Source: Malacoraja senta
Lineage: Eukaryota
NCBI GenBank assembly: GCA_038087875.1
Contig: CM075989.1
Location: 21,888,001-21,951,889, forward strand
Reading direction: 5' to 3'
Length of the DNA: 63,889 bases
The notes beneath the pieces were generated by a model. It was not told the origin of the DNA. It searched no databases and saw only the letters and a program-made list of their open reading frames with translations. The position numbers were made by a program, and so were the translations under genes. This document shows positions 38,298-49,228 of this stretch, piece by piece; position 1 is the first letter of the stretch, and every line of letters begins with the position of its first letter.

Positions 38298-38572
38298 GAC
38301 ACACACACACACAAATGTACACACACACACACACTAGCACTTATAATTTTGTAATGGTAAATAATACACACACTCGCACACACACAGAATTTATAATTTT
38401 GAAATGATACATAGCACACACAAATACACATACTAGAACTTACAATTTTGGAATGACTAATAACACACACATGTACATGCACACACGCACACACACACGT
38501 ACACATACACACATGCACGCGCACACGCACACGCGCACACGCACGCACACACGCACTAGAACTTACCATTTT
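38298..38572. repeat. Compound (CA)n/(CACG)n microsatellite with recurring linker
   Basis: CA runs separated by ACTAG(A/C)ACTTA(T/C)AATTTTG-like linkers. Confidence 0.85.
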
Positions 38573-39299
38573 AAATTTGATTTCTGCGAAAGAAGTATCA
38601 TGTTTTGACTTTGCGGAATCTCTTTGTAAACAGCCCGGACAAAATGAGTTGATATTGCTTAATGCGCCAGAAATTAATACATAAAGATAAAACAACTGCA
38701 TTATTTGTCACATTACACAGTGCAGCTCACTTTCACTGCACTTTACAAGTGCAATTGTGGAACAAGCTATGTGTCGCTCAAGGATGAAACAGAAGGCCAT
38801 TTGATAGTCTCAATAAAATGTTTGATGAAAACATCATGATTGTTTAAACATGCTACTTCAGCATTGTGTTGTGAGTGAAGATTATGTCAAATTATAGGAG
38901 GAAACAAAGTCAATGTTGTCATTATGACTGTGGTCACATTCTTGTCAGCACAGCTCCTCGATATATTCAGTTGAAGATGCAACTGCCTAAACGTTTGTGC
39001 ACTAAATGATAATTACAAAGACTCAAGGATGAAATTTGGAGAATGACAATATCAGCTTCATTTACCGGAGACGCAAGAAACTGCAGATGCTGGAAATTAT
39101 TCACTTAGAATATCTTCCTCAAATAGCCCCCCCCCAAAAATCCATGAAACCTGAAAGAAAATGTGAAAATTATGGTTTTGATTGATTGAAGCCGTTCCTT
39201 CGACCCACAGGGTCCACACTGACCATTGAAAACCCGTTCACACTAGTTCTCATTGCATTGACTAATTAACCGACCAAGCTGCACATCATTTTTGAATTT

Positions 39300-39602
39300 A
39301 GACTTTGGCGATACAGTGCGGAAACAGGCCCTTCGGCCCACGAGTCCACGCCAACCAGCGATCACCCCGTACACTGGCACTATCCTACATACTAATGGCA
39401 ATTTACAATTTTAATGAAGCCAATTAACTTACAAACCTGCACGTCATTGGGATTTGGGAAGAAACTGGAGCCCCCGGAAGAAACCCACACGGTCACAGGA
39501 AGAAGGTGCGAACTCCACATGGACAGCAGCCGAGGTCAAGATCAAAAGCAGGTCTCTGGCACCGTGAGGCAGCATCTCTATCAGTTGCGTCACTGTGCCA
39601 AC
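39300..39602 (-). mobile_element. HE1/V-SINE-type SINE
   Basis: Diverged reverse copy. Confidence 0.8.
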
Positions 39603-40206
39603 CCATGGTAATGAAGGAGAAATGAGTACAGTATACTTCGCATACACATAATGTATGTGAGGCGAGGGGGGGAAAGATTAAATCGAAAATGAGGGGTAAC
39701 TTTTGGTTGTATGGAACGAGCTGCCAGAGGAGGTAGTTGAGGCAGGTACTATCACAACTTTTAAGAAACATTTAGACCGGTACATGGATAGCATAGGTTA
39801 AGAGGGATATGGGCCAAACACAGGCAGTTGGGAGTAGTGTAGATGGTACATGTTGGTCAGTGTGGGCAAGTTGGGCCAAAGGGCCTGTTTCCGCGCTGTA
39901 TGATTGTATGACTCTCTATATTTTGAAAGATGCTAGTCACAAAGCAATGACAGAACGGAACACTACATTTGATGGCCAGAAAGGAAACAGCTTTGTAATC
40001 TTTCTAGATTGTTGCATATCTTTCAACACATCTCCTGTCAGACAAGGAAGGTTATATTTGCAATCCTGCACTGGCTTTCATTGATAGTTAAACTTTCTAT
40101 TTCGCATAGTTTCAAGCCAGTTTACATTGTATTGCAAAGTTTTAAGCCAACCACATTTTCAAATAGATTTTGTTTATACATAAAATTTGATGCCATTCCC
40201 CTTCAC

Positions 40207-40483
40207 TCAAGGTGAAGGGGAAAAGATTTAATAGGAATCCGAGGGGTAACTTTTTCACACAGAGGGTGGTGGGTGTATGGAACAAGCTGCCAGAGGAGGT
40301 AGTTGAGGCTGGGGCTATCCCATCGTTTAAGAAACAGTTGGACAGGTACATGGATAGGACAAGTTTGGAGGCGCAGGCAAGTGGGACTAGGGTAGCTGGG
40401 ACGTTGTTGGCCGGTGTGGGCGAGTTGGGCCGAAGGGCCTGTTTCCCCACTGTATCACACTCTATGACTCTGTGACTCTATGA
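40207..40483 (+). mobile_element. CR1/HER1-type LINE 3' end
   Basis: KGKRFNRNPRGNFFTQRVVGVWNKLPEE; tail TGGGCCGAAGGGCCTGTTTCC shared with the SINE; (TGACTCTA)n-like end. Confidence 0.9.
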
Positions 40484-41194
40484 TACTTCATAAAATCTGA
40501 GACAATAGGATAATCTGCCCTTGGTCCATAAAGAATTAGGTTAAGAAAGTAGGAAAGATAACATTAGTATCCACTTTCCAACCTCACTGAGCCAATGTCA
40601 GCAGTATAATAACCTCCAATACAATAGGCATCATTATTTCTTAATTAAAGCAACTGGTAAAATATCTCCAACTACGTATTCAATGATTCAATGATCCTTT
40701 ATTCACATCTACCTCGGTATAGTGAAATTCTTTGTTTTGCATATAACCTGGTAAAACCGTGTAAAAGACCTCACCTAGACAGTACAGAAGGATTGCCATG
40801 TTTTGGCGACGACAAAGTTATAACATTTCACCAAACATGCCGCCGCGTGCATTAAGTATTGGTAATAATTATTTTATTCCAACTGAAGGCAAATTTTGAA
40901 CAGAGATTATACTTGGATCAAAAGGAGAGATAACAATTGGCCTGCACGATGAAGACAGGAGGGTATGGAATTGAGGGGGGTGTAACTGGGACGTCAGGTA
41001 TCACCGTTGAGCCCTCTGGAGATGTTGTGGGCTTATCAATGAAACGTCAAAGAAGGAGGGTGCCCACCTGATGACCCTGTTGACTTACCCACCCGACCTT
41101 TCACCACTCCAATCCCACTGCAAATAGCAAGAGTGCCGACCTATTACAGGGATTGAAACATCAAGTCCTATTAGCTCTACTGAATATAGGTTCT

Positions 41195-41662
41195 TTTTTT
41201 ATTTTTATTTTTTATTTTTTATTTATTAGAAGTACATTACATTACAACCACATACATTAGTACTCGTCACTTATGTCTTCTTACAATTAATGCACTCCAT
41301 TTGTTTTTTACACGAGTAAAAGGAAAGGATAAGATTGAAAGAAAGAAGAAAGTGAAGGAAAAAGTGAGAGTGTAGAAAATGTGACAACAAAAAAGGACGA
41401 AGACCCTATAAGAACAAAATTAAAAACAAAAGACAAAGAGTTAAGAAACAGACCCTAGAAAAGAAGGAGAAAGAGAAAGCGGAAAAAGAGAGAAACAAAT
41501 ATTTTTATGAGCATTACGCAAATGGGACATACCAACTCTTCAACTAGCATCCCCCCTTACCTGACCTCAACTTTTTTTAAGGTACTTTTGCACCCTATAT
41601 TTGTAATAATTCTATAAATGCAGACCACGTCAGGTGGAAGTGATCTGGTTGACCTGCTAGGA
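41195..41662 (-). mobile_element. 5'-truncated L1-clade LINE 3' end with A-rich tail and 14-bp TSD
   Basis: TGAATATAGGTTCT at 41181-41194 and 41663-41676; minus strand reads LAGQPDHFHLTWSAFIELLQI*, then 3' UTR and A-rich tail. Confidence 0.75.
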
Positions 41663-42274
41663 TGAATATAGGTTCTGACGTGAAACATCACCTAGCCATG
41701 TTCTCCACAGATGCTGCCTGACCCTCTGAGTTACTCCAGCACTTTGTGTTTTGATCGAGATTCCGGCTTCTGCAGTCCCTTTTTTTGGATGCTGTTAAAC
41801 ACTGACAAAAACCAGATAGAGACGAGTTATCAGCTTGATACTAACTTCAGCCAAAAGTCAAAACTACCCAAATGCAAAATAATGGTCAGAGGGTCAATGG
41901 AAAAGGCACAAATAAGATAGCTGAATGCCATCATCCCAAAACCACTCTCAGTACACTTGGATTCAGAGTTACCAGAACAGGCAAAATACACATTGTACAC
42001 AGAAATATAGATCTATGAGATTAATGTAAAGGTATAAACAGCTGCTTTAGGCAAGAACAAAAACAAAGAGGAATCATTTAGAGTCAGATGAAAAATCAGC
42101 ACAAATAAAAGGAGAGATTTAGAAACAAGGAACTGCAGATGCTGGTTGATACAAAAGATAGACACAACGTGCTGGAGTAACTCAGCAGGTCAGGCAGCAT
42201 CTCTGGAGAACACGGATACGTCCTGTCCTTTTTCTCCAAAGATGCTGCCTGATCCGTTGAGTTACTCCAGCATT

Positions 42275-42344
42275 TGCCCCGTAGCAGAAGCGTCCAGGTC
42301 GCGGGGGCTGGAAACTGGAAGTATCCCGAGCTAATTCTTGCTAC
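42275..42344 (+). ncRNA. HDV-like (CPEB3-type) ribozyme fold, damaged at the 5' end
   Basis: P1 GCCCC/GGGGGCT; P2 GTAGCAGAA/TTCTTGCTAC; P3 GCG/CGC; L3 TCCAGGT; P1.1 CC/GG; J4/2 CTAA. Confidence 0.75.
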
Positions 42345-42659
42345 CACCATCATCTATTGCAACAAGTGATGGCTCCCACTGATTGTCGCCCTTTTCAGGA
42401 TGGATGATGACAGCGAATGTCAACATTTGTAACAAGATGGACACAAAAACGAAGACTCCAGCATTTTGTGTCTATGGTTGCCAGATTTACTTGTCGACAG
42501 CATGACCATTTTTTTCCACCAGGATTCAAAACCACAAAACAGATAGTACATGGAAGTCCATATTATTTTTAAATACACAGGCACTTCTTAAAGGGACTTC
42601 CACGGATGCTGCCTGAAACTCCTGCCCTTTGTGTTTACTTCTTCTATGTTTTGCTTAGT

Positions 42660-43665
42660 TAAGGGGTTTGAGCGCCCCTTAAACATAGTGACTGTATTTA
42701 TCTCTACCCCTTTCTCTAGTGGGCAGTGGGCAGGTGCTATGGACCTGCACGGGAAGGTAGACGCTCCCGCCCCCATGAGTCTCGGGCAGATGGAGCTCAT
42801 CAGCCTGGGAAGGCAGTCCATCTAGGAGAGGGAAAACTCAGATTTTACTCTGGACGGTAACATCGGGAGCCCGCGGGTCCCTGGTGGGAGGCCGCTTTTC
42901 AGAGCTCCCGCAACGGCAACTTCTCCCGCCCGAGTTGCAGGTTTGAAAATGACCTGGAGCGGGGCCTAACATCACCCGGCGCAGCTTTAATGGCCGCGGG
43001 ACTTGCTAGCACCCGCCGGGGGCTCCAACATCAAGACCCGGAGCGCGGCCTTGCATCGCCTGGCGCGGCTTTAATGGCCGCGGGACTTATTTACCATCGC
43101 CCGCCGGGGGCTTTGACTCTGACATCGGGATGAGAATGTGGAGTGCAGGGGAGAGACAAGACTTTGCCTTCCATCACAGCGAGGAGGAGATTTGCTGTGA
43201 TGGATGTTTGTGTAAATTGTGTTGTGTCTTGGTTCTTCTACTTGTTTGTATGACTGCAGAAACCAAATTTCGTTTGAACCTCAATGAGGTTCAAATGACA
43301 ACAAATAAATTGTATCATTGCATCATTGTATCATTTAAAATCTCCACTGCCTTGTGGCCATATCCAATCATGGAAAAGGCTCCAGGAGTAAACCTCAAGA
43401 AAATCCGGAGTCGGAGCCCCTAAGGTAGTTCGTCGTTGTCTACAACCTCGCTCTGGCAGCTGGTGTCGTTGTCTACAACCTCGCTCTGGCAGCTGGTGCC
43501 AAACTGTAACGGCCCTGCTGTTCCTTTGGATCGATCAGCGACGTGGAGAGGGGGGACGTGCTGCATGGGCAACTGCCTGTCCTCCAGGCTTGCATCTGAC
43601 CACACATCACCTGCAAACAAGGATGCATCGCCCAAGGTCAGTCGTGACCGAGAGGGGCCTACTAC
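42660..43665 (+). mobile_element. RTE-clade 5' UTR fragment split by an insertion
   Basis: CAGCCTGGGAAGGCAGTCCATCTAGGAGAGGGAAAACTCAGATTT continues as AAAATCTCCACTGCCTTGTGG after 43335; 33-bp tandem duplication at 43432-43497. Confidence 0.55.
42848..43333 (+). mobile_element. GC-rich non-coding element with Rex1-type hairpin tail
   Basis: Internal repeat GCTTTAATGGCCGCGGGACTT twice; hairpin TTTGAACCTC-AAT-GAGGTTCAAA at 43273-43295; AATAAA then (TTGTATCA)n. Confidence 0.6.
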
Positions 43666-44269
43666 CCTTTCTCTGGTAACTTCAGATCTCTTTCATTTCC
43701 TCCAGCTTACTCCTTCTCCAAGATTACCTTCACAGGTCTCTCAGCCAGCACCAAAACCACTTGTGCCAAGTTGTGCGGGAAGGAGCCACAGACGCTGGTT
43801 TACACGAAAGATAGACACAGAAATGCTGGAGTAACTCAGCAGGACAGGCAGCATCTCTGAAGAGAAGGAATGGGTGACGTTTTGGGTCAGGTCCTTTCTT
43901 CAGACTTGTACCAATTTCTCCGTGTCTCCAACTCTACTGCTGCACCACAGAGACACTCTTTGCTTTGCTTCCTTTTTGTTTTGGTAAATGGTTCAAAATT
44001 GAAATAATGGGTGGAACAGGCGAATCTGGTAGAGCTGCTGCCACAACGATCCAGGGACATGAGCTCAGTCCTGACCTCAGATGCTCTCTGTGTGGAGTTT
44101 GCACGTTATTCCTGGGATCACCTAAGTCTCTTCCGAGTCGTCTGATTTCCTCCCACATACGGAAATGAATTGGCCACTGTAAATTGGCCCTGGTTTGTAG
44201 ATGAGTGGTAGAATCTGGGGGAATTTGATCGGAATGTGATGGGAAAATGGGATTAATCTAGGATTAGTA

Positions 44270-46025
44270 TAGATACATAGATACATAGAAAATAGGTGCA
44301 GGAGTAAGCCATTCGGCCCTTTGAGCCTGCACCGCCATTCAATATGATCATGGCTGATCATCCAACTCAGTATCCCGTACCTGCCTTCTCTCCATACCCC
44401 CTGATCCCTTTAGCCACAAGGGCCACATCTAACTCCCTCTTAAATATAGCCAACTACCCTCTGTGGCAGAGAGTTCCAGAGATTCACCACTCTCTGTGTG
44501 AAAAATGTTCTTCTCATCTCGGTCTTAAAGGATTTCCCCCTTATCCTTAAGCTGTGACCCCTTGTCCTGGACTTCCCCAACATCGGGAACAATCTTCCTG
44601 CATCTAGCCTGTCCAACCCCATAAGAATTTTGTACGTTTCTATAAGATCCCCTCTCAATCTCCTAAATTCTAGCGAGTATAAGCCGAGTCTATCCAGTCT
44701 TTCTTCATATGAAAGTCCTGACATCCCAGGAATCAGTCTGGTGAACCTTCTCTGCACTCCCTCTATGGCAATAATGTCCTTCCTCGGATTTGGAGACCAA
44801 AACTGTACGCAATACTCCAGGTGTGGTCTCACCAAGACCCTGTACAACTGCAGTAGAACCTCCCTGCTCCTATACTCAAATCCTTTTGCTATGAAAGCTA
44901 ACATACCATTCGCTTTCTTCACTGCCTGCTGCACCTGCATGCCTACTTTCAATGACTGGTGTACCATGACACCCAGGTCTCGCTGCATCTCCCCTTTTCC
45001 TAATCGGCCACCATTTAGATAATAGTCTGCTTTCCTGTTTTTGCCACCAAATGGGATAACCTCACATTTATCCACATTATACTGCATCTGCCAAACATTT
45101 GCCCACTCACCCAGCCTATCCAAGTCACCTTGCAGTCTCCTAGCATCCTCCTCACAGCTAACACTGCCCCCCAGCTTAGTGTCATCCGCAAACTTGGAGA
45201 TGTTGCCTTCAATTCCCTCATCCAGGTCATTAATATAAATTGTAAATAGCTGGGGTCCCAGCACTGAGCCTTGCGGTACCCCACTAGTCACTGCCTGCCA
45301 TTGTGAAATGGACCCGTTTACTCCTACTCTTTGCTTCCTGTTTGTCAGCCAGTTCTCTATCCACATCAATACTGAACCCCCAATACCGTGTGCTTTAAGT
45401 TTGTATACTAATCTCTTATGTGGGACCTTGTCGAAAGCCTTCTGAAAGTCCAGATACAACACATCCACTGGTTCTCCCCTATCCACTCTACTAGTTACAT
45501 CCTCGAAAAATTCTATAAGATTCGTCAGACATGATTTACCTTTCGTAAATCCATGCTGACTTTGTCCAATGATTTCACCACTTTCCAAATGTGCTGCTAT
45601 CCCATCTTTAATAACTGACTCTAGCAGTTTCCCCACTACCGATGTTAGACTAACTGGTCTGTAATTCCCCGTTTTCTCTCTCCCTCCCTTCTTAAAAAGT
45701 GGGGTTACGTTTGCTACCCTCCAATCCTCAGGAACTACTCCAGAATCTAAAGAGTTTTGAAAAATTATCACTAATGCATCCACTATTTCTGGAGCTACTT
45801 CCTTAAGTACTCTGGGATGCAGCCTATCTGGCCCTGGTGATTTATCGGCCTTTAATCCATTCAATTTACCCAACACCAGTTCCAGACTAAACTGGATTTC
45901 ACTCAGTTCCTCCATCTCCTTTGACCCGCGGTCCCCTGCTATTTCTGGCAGATTATTTTGTCTTCCTTAGTGAAGACGGAACCAAAGTAGTTATTCAATT
46001 GGTCTGCCATATCCTTGTTCCCCCT
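44270..46025 (-). mobile_element. 5'-truncated CR1 LINE nested in an old SINE
   Basis: Contains the RT ORF; host SINE halves at about 44015-44270 and 46025-46085. Confidence 0.9.
44440..45915 (-). CDS. CR1 ORF2 reverse transcriptase fragment (no endonuclease domain)
   Basis: KSPGPD, NYRPVSLTS, QHGF, YLDFQKAFD, GVPQGSVLGP, FADD motifs; open for 491 aa, C-terminus shortened by a deletion. Confidence 0.93.
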   Translation of the reverse strand: MEELSEIQFSLELVLGKLNGLKADKSPGPDRLHPRVLKEVAPEIVDALVIIFQNSLDSGVVPEDWRVANVTPLFKKGGREKTGNYRPVSLTSVVGKLLESVIKDGIAAHLESGEIIGQSQHGFTKGKSCLTNLIEFFEDVTSRVDRGEPVDVLYLDFQKAFDKVPHKRLVYKLKAHGIGGSVLMWIENWLTNRKQRVGVNGSISQWQAVTSGVPQGSVLGPQLFTIYINDLDEGIEGNISKFADDTKLGGSVSCEEDARRLQGDLDRLGEWANVWQMQYNVDKCEVIPFGGKNRKADYYLNGGRLGKGEMQRDLGVMVHQSLKVGMQVQQAVKKANGMLAFIAKGFEYRSREVLLQLYRVLVRPHLEYCVQFWSPNPRKDIIAIEGVQRRFTRLIPGMSGLSYEERLDRLGLYSLEFRRLRGDLIETYKILMGLDRLDAGRLFPMLGKSRTRGHSLRIRGKSFKTEMRRTFFTQRVVNLWNSLPQRVVGYI

Positions 46026-46549
46026 TGTATCAACTGGTACTGACTCTTTGGGCCAAAGGGCCTGTTCCCTTGCTCTATAACTCAATCTGTATACCTTGAA
46101 AGGGCACTCGAAGAGTTAATCTACACTTCTCGGTTTCCGCTGTTCTAATTTATGGTTAAACAATATGAGACCTGTTCCTGATAAAGCACATTATATAGAT
46201 GCAATTAATTCAATATTGAATGTTGAATTACCATTCTTCTGCCTTTTTTTTATTAAGGTTGAACTCAGATGAAAGTCAGATTATATAAAAAAAACATAAC
46301 ATGCATTTCTTCAACTTCCAGATGTAGAAATAAAGTAAAACAGCATGACTGAAATCCAAGAGAGGTTGGATGACACAGTGCAATGATGTCACATCTGTTA
46401 CTGCTTCTGATATTCAGTTAGCGGGGTATGTTTGTGCGATGCATGGCTCAGCAGCGGAATTATGCACACGACTCCTCCACTATCTTTACAAATTAAAATC
46501 TTCATCAAAATTCATCAAAATTAAAAAATCACGAGAGGATTAGATCGGG

Positions 46550-46870
46550 TAGTTTAGTTTTAGTTTAGAGATACAGCGCGGAAACAGGCCTTTCGGCCCA
46601 CCGAGTCCGCGCCGACCAGCGATCCCCGCACATTATCACTAGCCTACACAAATCAGGGACAACTTACACTCGTACCAAGCCAATTAACCTGCAAACCCGC
46701 ACGTCTTTGGAGAGTGGGAGGAAACCGAAGATCTCAGAGAAAACCTACGCGATCATGGGGAGAACGTACAAACTCCGTACAGACAGCACCCGTAGTCAGG
46801 ATCGAACCCGTGTTTCTGACGCTGCAAGTGCTGTCAGGCAGCAACTCTACCACTGCACCACCATGCCACC
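46550..46870 (-). mobile_element. HE1/V-SINE-type SINE
   Basis: Full reverse copy with (GTTTA)n tail. Confidence 0.88.
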
Positions 46871-47480
46871 CTAAGATGCACAGTAGATGGAATCGAGCAC
46901 CACAGGACATAGTTTTAAGGTGAAGGGGAAAAGCTTCAACTTCTTTTCACAAACTTCTTCACACAAAGGCTGGTGGGTGTATGGAACGAGCTGCCAGGGG
47001 TGGTAGGCGAGGCAGGGTCTATAGCAACGTTTAAGAAACAATTAGACAGGTACATAGATAGGACAGGTTTGGAGGGATAGTGGCCAAACACAGGCAGGTG
47101 GGATTAGTGTAGCTGGGACATGTTGGCCGGTGTGGGTGAGTTGGGCCAAAGGGCCTGTTTCCGCATTCTATGATGCTATTCATTAATGCTCCCTTTAATT
47201 GCACATCACTACAGCCCTAGGATGAAGTTTTATTTGACACTCGCCAACCCAACTTCAGTGTGAAAATAGACACAAAATGCTGGAGTATCTCAGCGGGACA
47301 GGCAGCATCTCTGGAGAGAAGGAATGGGTGACGTTACAGGTCGAGACATCTTCTTCAGACCCGAAATGTCACCCATCCCTTCTCTTCAAAGATGCTGCCT
47401 GTCCCGCTGAGTTACTCCAGCATTTTGCGTCTATTTTCGGTGTAAACCAGCACCTGCAGTTCCTTCCTGCAAACTTTAGT

Positions 47481-49016
47481 TTAGAGGAAGTACTGACACT
47501 TTTGAGAAATATAAAAGTGGATAAGTCTCCAGGTCCGGACAGGATATTCCCTAGGACATTGAGGGAAGTTAGTGTAGAAATAGCAGGGGCTATGACAGAA
47601 ATATTTCAAATGTCATTGGAAATGGCAATAGTGCCGGAGGATTGGCGTACTGCGCATGTTGTTCCATTGTTTAAAAAGGGGTCTAAGAGTAAACCTAGCA
47701 ATTATAGACCTGTTAGTTTGACGTCAGTGGTGGGCAAATTAATGGAAAGGATACTTAGAGATAATATATATAAGCATCTGGATAAACAGGGGCTGATTAG
47801 GAACAGTCAACATGGATTTGTGCCTGGAAGGTCATGTTTGACTAATCTTCTTGAATTATTTGAAGAGGTTACTCGGGAAATTGATGAGGGTAAAGCCGTG
47901 GATGTTGTATATATGGACTTCAGTAAGGCCTTTGACAAGGTTCCTCACGGAAGGTTGGTTAAGAAGGTTCAATGGTTGGGTATTAATGGTGGAGTAGCAA
48001 GATGGATTCAACAGTGGCTGAATGGGAGATGCCAGAGAGTAATGGTGGATGGTTGTTTGTCAGGTTGGAGGCCAGTGACTAGTGGGGTGCCACAGGGATC
48101 TGTGTTGGGTCCACTGTTGTTTGTCATGTACATCAATGATCTGGATGATGGTGTGGTAAATTGGATTAGTAAGTATGCAGATGATACTAAGATAGGTGGG
48201 GCTGTGGATAATGAATTAGATTTTCAAAGTCTACAGAGAGATTTATGCCGGTTGGAAGAGTGGGCTGAAAGATGGCAGATGGAGTTTAATGCTGATAAGT
48301 GTGAGGTGCTACATCTTGGCAGGACAAATCAAAATAGGACGTACATGGTAAATGGTAGGGAATTGAAGAATGCAGGTGAACAGAGGGATCTTGGAATAAC
48401 TGTGCACAGTTCCCTGAAAGTGGAATCTCATGTAGATAGGGTGGTAAAGAAAGCTTTTGGTGTGCTGGCTTTTATAAATCAGAGCATTGAGTATAGAAGT
48501 TGGGATGTAATGTTAAAATTGTACAAGGCATTGGTGAGGCCAATTCTGGAGTATGGTGTACAATTTTGGTCGCCAAATTATAGGAAGGATGTCAACAAAA
48601 TAGAGAGAGTACAGAGGAGATTTACTAGAATGTTGCCTGGGTTTCAACAACTAAGTTACAGAGAAAGGTTGAACAAGTTAGGGCTTTATTCTTTGGAGCG
48701 CAGAAGGTTAAGGGGGGACTTGATAGAGGTCTTTAAAATGATGAGAGGGATAGACAGAGTTGACGTGGATAAGCTTTTCCCATTGAGAGTAGGGAAGATT
48801 CAAACAAGGGGACATGACTTGAGAATTAAGGGACAGAAGTTTAGGGGTAACATGAGGGGGAACTTCTTTACTCAGAGAGTGGTGGCTGTGTGGAATGAGC
48901 TTCCAGTGAAGGTGGTGGAGGCAGGTTCGTTTTTATCATTTAAAAATAAATTGGATAGTTATATGGACGGGAAAGGAATGGAGGGTTATGGTCTGAGCGC
49001 AGGTATATGGGACTAG
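47481..49016 (+). CDS. CR1 ORF2 reverse transcriptase fragment of a 5'-truncated LINE (element about 47481-49103)
   Basis: KSPGPD, NYRPVSLTS, YMDFSKAFD, GVPQGSVLGP, YADD motifs; open to the natural stop; 3' UTR ends GGCCTGTTTCCGTGCTGTAA plus TTATATGG repeats. Confidence 0.93.
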   Translation, partial: LEEVLTLLRNIKVDKSPGPDRIFPRTLREVSVEIAGAMTEIFQMSLEMAIVPEDWRTAHVVPLFKKGSKSKPSNYRPVSLTSVVGKLMERILRDNIYKHLDKQGLIRNSQHGFVPGRSCLTNLLELFEEVTREIDEGKAVDVVYMDFSKAFDKVPHGRLVKKVQWLGINGGVARWIQQWLNGRCQRVMVDGCLSGWRPVTSGVPQGSVLGPLLFVMYINDLDDGVVNWISKYADDTKIGGAVDNELDFQSLQRDLCRLEEWAERWQMEFNADKCEVLHLGRTNQNRTYMVNGRELKNAGEQRDLGITVHSSLKVESHVDRVVKKAFGVLAFINQSIEYRSWDVMLKLYKALVRPILEYGVQFWSPNYRKDVNKIERVQRRFTRMLPGFQQLSYRERLNKLGLYSLERRRLRGDLIEVFKMMRGIDRVDVDKLFPLRVGKIQTRGHDLRIKGQKFRGNMRGNFFTQRVVAVWNELPVKVVEAGSFLSFKNKLDSYMDGKGMEGYGLSAGIWD

Positions 49017-49228
49017 GGGAGAATACGTGTTCGGCACGGACTAGAAGGGTCGAGATGGCCTGTTTCCGTGCTGTAATTGTTATATGGATATTATATGGTT
49101 ATATAGTGTGAGTCTTGAGGTATTTTTATGACATTGTTTTTGGTACCAATTCTCCATTCCCTCCTCTGTGCTCACTTGCCATCCTCTGGACCCCCCAAAA
49201 AAACAGCTATAGACCCTGATAATAATAA

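Noticed and set aside
40985..41165. CTGATGA-CCCTGT...ACAGGG-ATT-GAAACATC as an extended hammerhead
   Set aside because: Three extra bases between stem II and GAAA, and no convincing stems I or III.
43530..43560. Minus-strand TCCACGTCGC as an HDV L3/P3 motif
   Set aside because: The upstream CTC cannot pair with CGC, and no P1 or P2 is found.
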